A stretch of DNA of 64,000 nucleotides from Nitrospirales bacterium (GCA_021604105.1 BQIW01000005.1:12621-76620); one strand, 5' to 3'; shown: positions 55,926 to 63,206, numbered from the stretch's first letter. Program-made: numbers and translations. The notes: generated by a model from the sequence alone, not told the origin.

Positions 55926-57314
55926 ATGCGTGCAACAATTTATGTGACCGACGATGATCAAAACGTGTGTTCCGCGTTAAGTCGCCGGTTGGTAAAAAAA
56001 GGGCACCTCGTGAGAAGCTTTCATTCAGGACCCTCGCTCATTGAGGCCTTGGAACATGAACTTCCTGATTTGCTGTTCCTGGATCTTAAAATGCCGGAGA
56101 TGGATGGACTCGAGACCTTACGACACATTCGACAAAAGATCCCGAAAACCCTGATTGTCATGTTGACCGCTTATGGGAGCGTGGAAGATGCAGTGGAGGC
56201 GATGAGGCTCGGAGCTTATGATTTTCTGATTAAATCCATTGATTTCTCAACGGTTGAACCAGCCTTACATCGCGCCATTACCTTCCTGGAGCTAAGGCGT
56301 CGGATTGAGTTTTCTGCTTCTGAGAAACAACGGCAATATTCCTGGGAACATGTCATCGCCAGGAGTCCAGCCATGTCCAAGGTTATCGAACAACTCAAAT
56401 CTTTCGACGCTCAGGACGTCCCCTTAGTGTTTTTTCAAGGGGAGGTTGGGACGGGGAAAGAATTCTTGGCACGTATTCTTCATTATAATAGCCACCAACA
56501 GCTCGGCCCGTTTGTTACGGTCAGTTGCAACGAACAGAGGGGATCACTCCTTGAACCTCAATTATTTGGATATGAACGGGGAGCATTTAGTGGTGCCAGT
56601 CAAAGCATGCCGGGAGCATTTGAACATTCCGACGGGGGAACCCTATTTATTGATGAGATTGAACATCTGTCAATTCCCATTCAGGGATCATTGGCGGAGG
56701 CGATTCGTACTCGTGCATTTTGTCGAATGGGAGGTTTTGACCGCCTCCCCATCAAAAATCGACTTGTGGTAACCAGTGCGATTCCACTGGATCAACCGGG
56801 CCACCAGGAAATATTTCATCCAGAGTTACGTTCTCTACTCGAAAAACAACAACTCTTTATTCCTCCCCTCCGAGAACGGAAAGAAGATATCATCCCTTTG
56901 GTGATCAAAACCATTCACGCCTATGGTGAAGAAATCGGCCGTCCAAAACTCGATATTGATTCTTCGGTACCTCCACTTTTGGATACGTATCAATTCCCGG
57001 GAAATATTCGAGAATTAGAGGCCATGATTCGCAGGGCGGTATTATGCTCGCAGGGACCTGTCCTTACTTCACTGGACTTTTATTCTCAACATCCTGGCGG
57101 CGGAGAAGGTCTCTCTCCAAATACCGGTCGGGTTCTTTTTGAAATCGGCCAACACAGTCTACAGGACATCCAAGTCATGGTGATTGATGAAGTCTTGCGA
57201 TTCACCAAACAAGACAAAGAACAGGCAGCTGGCTATCTACACATTTCTACACAGGCACTGGATGAACATATTCAACTACGGAAAAACTTCTCCCCTGTGA
57301 CAGAGAGGTCCTGA
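55926..57314 (+). CDS. NtrC-family response regulator paralog (copy 2) with divergent AAA+ C-terminal motifs
   Basis: REC domain (DLLFLDLKM), Walker A GEVGTGKE, GAFSGA and Walker B LFIDEI. VVTSAIPL and FHPELRSLLE replace the AATNRDL and FREDLFFRLN seen in copy 1. A C-terminal HTH is present. Confidence 0.8.
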   Translation: MRATIYVTDDDQNVCSALSRRLVKKGHLVRSFHSGPSLIEALEHELPDLLFLDLKMPEMDGLETLRHIRQKIPKTLIVMLTAYGSVEDAVEAMRLGAYDFLIKSIDFSTVEPALHRAITFLELRRRIEFSASEKQRQYSWEHVIARSPAMSKVIEQLKSFDAQDVPLVFFQGEVGTGKEFLARILHYNSHQQLGPFVTVSCNEQRGSLLEPQLFGYERGAFSGASQSMPGAFEHSDGGTLFIDEIEHLSIPIQGSLAEAIRTRAFCRMGGFDRLPIKNRLVVTSAIPLDQPGHQEIFHPELRSLLEKQQLFIPPLRERKEDIIPLVIKTIHAYGEEIGRPKLDIDSSVPPLLDTYQFPGNIRELEAMIRRAVLCSQGPVLTSLDFYSQHPGGGEGLSPNTGRVLFEIGQHSLQDIQVMVIDEVLRFTKQDKEQAAGYLHISTQALDEHIQLRKNFSPVTERS

Positions 57315-57673
57315 GAGAAGGAGCCGACATTTCCTCCATTCATTCGTTTTTCCATTGTGGCGCATTCTTTCCAGGGTAAGTTCCTCCATGCTCCTTAAAA
57401 GGACTTTATGCATTTGACAGGCAGTTATCTGGTCCTCATCGACTGTTGTAAACACTTTCACTCTAGCTTTCCTTTCACATTTTCCTCAAAGCTCTCAACT
57501 GAATAGTGCCTAAGAGCTTCTGAACAAAGAATCTTCCTTACCAGAAGCCCCCGAATATTCCGCCTGGGAACCATTCTTTGACAAGTTCAATAGAGCGATG
57601 CATTGGTCTAACTATTATCCTCACCTGAATCCAAGCACATATAGTTCAAGAAATTTTTAGCACAGTTCACCTG

Positions 57674-57687
57674 GTGCGATTTCACAC
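57674..57687. promoter_or_regulatory. copy of the 14-bp upstream element
   Basis: GTGCGATTTCACAC, with a TTTTAGCACAG half-site 24 bp upstream. The centre is ~100 bp from the -24 GG at 57781. Confidence 0.55.
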
Positions 57688-57779
57688 CCCTTCCCTTCCG
57701 CCACGTTGTCGAGGGAAAAGAAAATATCAATAAATCCAAGAAATTCCGTGCTTTTTTCAAAAAAAACCGAATTAAGGAC

Positions 57780-57795
57780 TGGCACTTCTTTTGCT
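57780..57795 (+). promoter_or_regulatory. sigma54 promoter (perfect consensus)
   Basis: TGGCAC-TTCTT-TTGCT, 60 nt upstream of the ATG at 57855. Confidence 0.7.
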
Positions 57796-57854
57796 CTTTC
57801 TGTATTAGGAACCTTCCACTTTCCGAACACTCATCGAATAGGGAAAATGCACCA

Positions 57855-58622
57855 ATGCCGATTCTTTCAGCACCCCTTTCTTCTTCAACCGAAACACCTC
57901 CAGGGTCCTTCAATTTCAAGAAAACATTGGAACGGAATTTTCCAGGAGCCTACCCCTCCGATGCCTTCGTGGATTATTCCCAATTCCGGTTGCACCCCTT
58001 TGGCATGAATCAGAAAAACTCAATCGCCTGTGTGAGCGTGTGTCGGGACGAGATAGCCACCCCCTTCATGAACAGACTGCATCATGCCTGGAATGGAGTA
58101 TTTAACTTTTCAAGTCTGGCCGGAATGCTGTACCTGGGTATAACGGGATTTCAAGCCGCCCATCATCATGCACCCAATACTGATGCCAGAGAAAAATACG
58201 TGTATTTTGCCTTTCCCCATATCGCCATCGATGAAAATGGCACTCCCGGAAATTGCCGCCGCACAGGACGCCAAGCCTTGTCCCAAGCTTGCGGCGCATT
58301 GATTAAGATTCTTCAAGACCCACCTCGAGGGGAAGCCAGCTTGAACTTGGATCCAGACGACGTGGAGCAGAGTCTCCTCACCCAACGCCTGTTTAAAAAA
58401 TTTGGATTCGGAGAAATTCCTGATTTGGTCACTTTGACCAAAGGCACCCAACAGATCATCAGAGAAGACCTTGAACGGATGATACAACTAACCATCGATC
58501 CCAGGAGAACCGACTATGCGGTATTTACCGGTATACAAATTCACGGTCCAGCCCATAAGGACTGGATTTGGATTGAAACTTCATATGTTTTCGTTGATGG
58601 GGTAAGAAAACCATTACTGTAA
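57855..58622 (+). CDS. conserved hypothetical; candidate LCIB/LCIC-like beta-carbonic-anhydrase-fold protein
   Basis: 255 aa. Cys63 lies in VCRDE (C-x-D), followed by His122 (FPHIAID) and Cys146. The 59- and 24-residue spacings are close to the Cys/His/Cys zinc triad I recall for diatom LCIB4. The family call is from memory only. Confidence 0.4.
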   Translation: MPILSAPLSSSTETPPGSFNFKKTLERNFPGAYPSDAFVDYSQFRLHPFGMNQKNSIACVSVCRDEIATPFMNRLHHAWNGVFNFSSLAGMLYLGITGFQAAHHHAPNTDAREKYVYFAFPHIAIDENGTPGNCRRTGRQALSQACGALIKILQDPPRGEASLNLDPDDVEQSLLTQRLFKKFGFGEIPDLVTLTKGTQQIIREDLERMIQLTIDPRRTDYAVFTGIQIHGPAHKDWIWIETSYVFVDGVRKPLL

Positions 58623-59277
58623 AAATTAAAATTCTTTTTCCTAAAAAGCCGATTACTTCCTACATCAGAAGGTACCCAGCAAGCTGGGGGGCATCTCTTA
58701 AATGTGTTGTCGAATGACAATTGCGCATTCCTCCCCTCAGCAAGCTGAGGGGTATCCTGCGTTCATTTTATGAACTGAAAAAAAGATCAAGTTAACTATG
58801 AAAGGATGTACCCTGATTCGGCCTATCATTTGGGCGATTTCATCAAGCCCTTAATCGGTCACGTTCCTAATGTAAATGTAGCCGTCACCCAAAAAGTATC
58901 GAACAGTTTCATAGCTACGCAGGTACGAAATGGTGAAATTCATAGGTTCAGACAACTAGCCCAAGGACATCCAATCCACCATTCCTTCGACCTCATCAAG
59001 GTTATATCCAAAAAGATTGGGAAAAAATCCGCAAATGCCCTCACCTGAGGAAAAAGTAATACAGAAGCAGAGATTCTCCACCAGCCACCCCAATAAGCAC
59101 ACACCCAACAATGTCCCACACCTGGCTACCCCAAGACATGGAGAAAGAAAGTCCCTAATAATTTATCAAAAAGCTTATGTTCCAAATCATCATTTTGACT
59201 CTTCTCACCACCCTCCCTTTATAGCCAGTGTGTTTTTAGTTGTTCCTATCCATTTATATCTATTTCTTTCAAAATTA

Positions 59278-59291
59278 GAGCGATATCGCAC
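59278..59291. promoter_or_regulatory. copy of the 14-bp upstream element
   Basis: GAGCGATATCGCAC (the inner GCGATATCGC is a perfect palindrome). The centre is ~125 bp from the -24 GG at 59410. Confidence 0.5.
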
Positions 59292-59361
59292 AGTCATTGC
59301 TTAATAAATCCGCTCGTTTTCATGTATAGAAACGGATCCACTTTTATTCAAGATATACAAG

Positions 59362-59389
59362 TTTATGAATTCATTAATGAATTCATAAA
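59362..59389. promoter_or_regulatory. perfect 28-bp AT-rich palindrome between the upstream element and the sigma54 promoter
   Basis: TTTATGAATTCATT|AATGAATTCATAAA. Confidence 0.6.
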
Positions 59390-59408
59390 TCATCAAAATA
59401 AACCATTT

Positions 59409-59424
59409 TGGCATTTGCCTTGCT
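59409..59424 (+). promoter_or_regulatory. sigma54-type promoter candidate
   Basis: TGGCAT-TTGCC-TTGCT (GG-N10-GC), ~35-45 nt upstream of an AGGAGA SD and small ORFs. Confidence 0.55.
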
Positions 59425-59462
59425 TTTTATAGATCACAAGAGATCAAAAAAATCTTAGGAGA

Positions 59463-59528
59463 ATGATCCCAATGGAAGGTTTTACTCTTATTTTACTTAT
59501 CACCTGGGCCGTACTTTCGAGGTTCTAA
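59463..59528 (+). CDS. candidate 18-21-aa hydrophobic peptide
   Basis: AGGAGA at 59457-59462, with an in-frame ATG at 59472 (9-nt spacing). It encodes M(IPM)EGFTLILLITWAVLSRF. Confidence 0.3.
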   Translation: MIPMEGFTLILLITWAVLSRF

Positions 59529-59529
59529 C

Positions 59530-59604
59530 ATGGAACATGTCCCTCTTATCGCAATTTTGACTTTCATAGTCATTGCATTGATGAACCGTTTGGGTTTGGA
59601 TTAA
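59530..59604 (+). CDS. candidate 24-aa hydrophobic peptide
   Basis: GAGGT lies 6 nt upstream of the ATG, which starts 2 nt after the previous stop. It encodes MEHVPLIAILTFIVIALMNRLGLD. Confidence 0.3.
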   Translation: MEHVPLIAILTFIVIALMNRLGLD

Positions 59605-59821
59605 ATCCCGCACCCTCTTCGGTTTTCCTGATTCTTTACTGCACGTGGTTTGCTCTTCGCCCATCGTCCAATTGCCCTAGCCACAACTTTAGGTTTTTTC
59701 AAGAGAAAGAGTATGAGGTCTTGTGGATCTCCTGCTATAGTTTTGTATAACTCATACTCAAGCAATGGGTGAACTGTAAGCAAGAAAGATGGTATGCAGG
59801 CCTACAAGTCAGGTTAAATTT

Positions 59822-60397
59822 ATGACTCGTCAGTTCTTTTTCATACTCCTTTTCTCTATTCTCATTTCCCTGGGAATTGGTGTGGGTATCGGAGGCCAAC
59901 TTGCACCACAGGAAGGCATGCCTATCCGTGTGGTCGCAAACTATTTACACGCCGTTCTTCAAGCAGACCGGACCTTTTACACCCAACATGTCGTGGAACG
60001 GATGGAAGATATGCTTATTGTGACCGCAACGGAAAATTGGCGGGAAGAACGGACATTGCCTTTGCCCGCACAATTTTTTAAAGAAGCCTCCCGTGGATTA
60101 CAGGTTTCCGGCAAACCATTTCGATATCGGTTGATGGGTCTTTGGCCATTGAATCCCGAGAATGCGCCTCACAATGCCCGTGAACGTAAAGCCCTGGAGC
60201 AAGTTGTGGAATATGGAGAAGTGACTGATCAAGAAATCCAGATAGAGAATCAGTCTTATTATCAAGCTATTTTTCCTGATCGGGCGGTGAGCCGAGCCTG
60301 CATCAACTGCCATAATGCCCATAAGGACAGTCCCAAACGGGACTTTAAATTAAATGATGTCATGGGAGGACTGGAAATTTTAATTCCCCTTAACTAA
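59822..60397 (+). CDS. DUF3365 (Tll0287-like) c-type haem sensor-domain protein
   Basis: Signal anchor from the ATG at 59822 and a single C-terminal CxxCH (CINCHNAHK) followed by ...DVMGGLEILIPL, as in DUF3365. Confidence 0.7.
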   Translation: MTRQFFFILLFSILISLGIGVGIGGQLAPQEGMPIRVVANYLHAVLQADRTFYTQHVVERMEDMLIVTATENWREERTLPLPAQFFKEASRGLQVSGKPFRYRLMGLWPLNPENAPHNARERKALEQVVEYGEVTDQEIQIENQSYYQAIFPDRAVSRACINCHNAHKDSPKRDFKLNDVMGGLEILIPLN

Positions 60398-60575
60398 CCT
60401 CCCCGGTAGCAAAATTTACAGCCCATTTCGGCCTCCTTATTTTTCCCGCAATCTTATTCATTGTTTCCTCGTTATTCTTTTGAAAACCTACTTCACTTCC
60501 CACTTGACGAAGAACGGTGTGATAGAGTGAGATCCCCGCCCAGTTGGGCTTCATCTTTTTCCTAGGGCACGCTCA

Positions 60576-61346
60576 ATGAGACTTGTTCACGGGCTACAAT
60601 TCAACAACCTCTGCCGTGATATCTATGGAGGGATGGTTCACGCAGTCGTGGCCCTACCATTGGCGTCGCTTTAGGCGTGGTTTCTGGTCTAGGAGCCTTT
60701 GCCGGTTTATACGGGGCTATAGTTGTCGGATTTATTGCCGCGCTTTTCGGAGGTATCCCCGCTCAGGTTTCCCGCCCCACGGGCCCCATGACTGTGGTGA
60801 TGGCCGTAATCGTCACAATCTTCGCAGAGAATCCTGGTTTGATCCTGATGGCCGTGATTCTTGGTGGTGTCTTTCAAATCCTGTTGAGAACTTCCAGGGA
60901 GGGACAGTTCATCGCGTTGGTCCCGTATGCGGCTGGCTCGGGATTCATGAGCGGCATTGGCTATGTCATTCTCATTTTGCAATTGAGTCCTCTGGTAGGC
61001 CATGCCGCCAGACCTGAGGGTGTAGTCGCGATGCACAAGGCATTCAAGGAATTTATGGAAACCCGGTGGGGGATGCCACCCTTGCAGGGGTCCTTATTTT
61101 GGCCATTATGTATCCATGGTCCGACCTTTGGAAACCGTTCCGGGCTTTAATACAATTTCTGGCGTTGTTTTGGATTTATCCAAAGTCCCAACTATTGCCG
61201 GGACAGAGGCCCTGGATGGATCGGGAGGACTGGTGCAAATTCGGCCTGACCATGGTTTTGCCAGCCGGTTGAAGGCCCTGCAGAAAGGTTCCTTGGTAGA
61301 AGGAGCGATCCGAGTGACCAATCACGCCCCCTCGGCATCAAATTAG
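60576..61346 (+). pseudogene. decayed SulP-family transporter gene (frameshifts plus large internal deletion)
   Basis: Three reading frames together spell SulP1-like segments. They are MRLVHGLQFNNLCRDIYGGMVHAVVALPLASL*, then GLGAFAGLYGAIVVGFIAALFGGIPAQVSRPTGPMTVVMA...SGFMSGIGYVILILQ, then GDATLAGVLILAIMY, then the STAS-like ISGVVLDLSKVPTIAGTEAL. About 350 aa of the TM core are missing. Confidence 0.75.
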
Positions 61347-61379
61347 ATCTTCCTGCGACTCCCGGAGAAGAACTGATTT

Positions 61380-62756
61380 TTGGACACCAAAAATTGGGTA
61401 ATTAGAAATATGCACGAAACATCTATCCAGACCATCTTTGGTTTCTCTCCACTTTGGATAGCTACATCAATTTTAATATTGACCTATGCCGTCATTATTG
61501 CTGAACGGTTTAACCGGGCAATTGTGGCGCTTCTTGGAGCCACTGCCATTATTGGAACAGGAGTCCTCACGCAAGACCAAGCGATTCAAGGCATTGATTT
61601 CAATACCATCGGCCTACTCACCGGCATGATGATCCTGGTCGGAATTACCAAAGAATGCGGCATCTTTCAATTTCTCGCGATCAAAGCCGCGAAGGCAGCC
61701 AAGGGTAGTCCGTGGGGTATCCTCGTTATGCTCTCAATTGTCACCGCAGTGCTCTCGGCATTATTAGATAATGTCACGACGGTGCTGTTGGTCGCCCCGG
61801 TTACCTTGCTCATTGCAGACGAACTGGAAATCAGTCCGTATCCTCTGCTATTCGCAGAAATCAACGCCTCAAATACAGGTGGTACCGCGACGCTGATTGG
61901 AGATCCTCCCAACATTATGATCGGCTCGGCTACCAGTTTGACGTTTAATGATTTCGTGATTCATCTGACTCCCCTCGCCATTGTTGTCTTTAGTGCGACC
62001 CTTATTTCACTTTGGTTTATCTATGGAAAAACCATGTTCGCGTCCCCCGAAGCCCGATCCCGCATCATGGCGTTTAACGAATATGAGGCCATTCGGGATG
62101 TTGGCCTACTAAAATATTGTCTTGTGGTCTTTAGCCTGGTTATTCTCGGGTTTATCCTGGCCCATTCGATAGGTATGGAACCCGCCACCATTGCTCTGGG
62201 TGGCGCCGCCCTGCTCCTGTTACTCTGCACATTTTCCCTAAACATCGAACAAGCAGGGCATAAAGTTCATACCATGTTTGGACAAGTGGAATGGATTACC
62301 ATTTTCTTTTTCTGCGGCTTGTTCATTATCGTCACCGGCGTGGAACATACCGGTCTTTTACAGTCCATTGCAGATTGGACAGTAAGTCTAACCGCAGGAA
62401 ATTTCACGGTTACCACCCTGGCTATTCTTTGGGTTTCGGCTATTCTTTCATCAATCGTCGACAACATTCCATTTGTAGCCACGATGATTCCTATGATCAA
62501 AAGCATGCTCCCGGTCTTTCAACAAGCGGGTATTCCGCTTGAACAGGCCAAGTCCCTTTGGTGGGCATTATCGTTGGGCGCATGCTTAGGAGGAAATGGG
62601 ACACTGGTGGGAGCCTCAGCCAATTTGATTGTGGCGGGGATTGCGGAACGCAATGGCGTGCCATTTCGATTTCTACCATTTTTCAAAGTGGCCTTTCCTC
62701 TGATGATCCTACAAATACTGCTCAGCACCCTTTACATTTGGATGAGGTATTTATGA
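61380..62756 (+). CDS. ArsB/NhaD-superfamily (citrate-transporter-like) permease
   Basis: ~450 aa, polytopic, with LLDNVTTVLLVAPV and GGTATLIGDPPNIMIG motifs typical of this superfamily. The start is TTG 61380 or ATG 61410. Confidence 0.75.
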   Translation: MDTKNWVIRNMHETSIQTIFGFSPLWIATSILILTYAVIIAERFNRAIVALLGATAIIGTGVLTQDQAIQGIDFNTIGLLTGMMILVGITKECGIFQFLAIKAAKAAKGSPWGILVMLSIVTAVLSALLDNVTTVLLVAPVTLLIADELEISPYPLLFAEINASNTGGTATLIGDPPNIMIGSATSLTFNDFVIHLTPLAIVVFSATLISLWFIYGKTMFASPEARSRIMAFNEYEAIRDVGLLKYCLVVFSLVILGFILAHSIGMEPATIALGGAALLLLLCTFSLNIEQAGHKVHTMFGQVEWITIFFFCGLFIIVTGVEHTGLLQSIADWTVSLTAGNFTVTTLAILWVSAILSSIVDNIPFVATMIPMIKSMLPVFQQAGIPLEQAKSLWWALSLGACLGGNGTLVGASANLIVAGIAERNGVPFRFLPFFKVAFPLMILQILLSTLYIWMRYL

Positions 62757-63202
62757 ACGCCAAGGACATCATGATCCGGCAGGCCCACACCATTCCAGTT
62801 CAATGTACGATCGGAGAGGCCCTTCGCCAAATGGCGGATCTACGCATCCAGGCTTTTCCAATTGTAGATGAGAAAAAGATGGTAGTGGGAACACTGAGTT
62901 TCTGGCAGATTCTTGAATGGGCTATGCCTTCCTACATTTCTCAAGATGATCTTTCCGACGTTCGATTCGCTCCAGACCTTGCCCAGTTCCACGAACGGCT
63001 TGGAGAACTTAAACCCAAGCCAGTCACTCAGGTAATGAACCCCCAGCCCCCATGTGTCAGGCCGGATGACTCCGTACTTGCCTGCGCGGTCCTGATCATG
63101 AAAACCCCGAAAACCGTCTATTTACTTCCGGTGGTGGAAACAGACCAGCAACTGGTTGGAGTCATCTCTGCATGGGACATTATTAAGGAAATCACAGGGT
63201 AG
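62753..63202 (+). CDS. CBS-domain pair protein
   Basis: The ATG overlaps the permease stop (ATGA). It has two CBS-like repeats (AKDIMIRQAHTIPV...FPIVDE; VTQVMNP...LPVVETDQQLVGVISAWDIIK). Confidence 0.75.
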   Translation: MNAKDIMIRQAHTIPVQCTIGEALRQMADLRIQAFPIVDEKKMVVGTLSFWQILEWAMPSYISQDDLSDVRFAPDLAQFHERLGELKPKPVTQVMNPQPPCVRPDDSVLACAVLIMKTPKTVYLLPVVETDQQLVGVISAWDIIKEITG

Positions 63203-63206
63203 AAAG

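Noticed and set aside
58675-58752. Possible mini-CRISPR, given two similar GC-rich palindromic repeats with a ~40-bp spacer.
   Set aside because: There are only two imperfect copies, no cas genes in the window, and the conserved core is only about 20 nt. I kept it as a low-interest hairpin-repeat observation instead.
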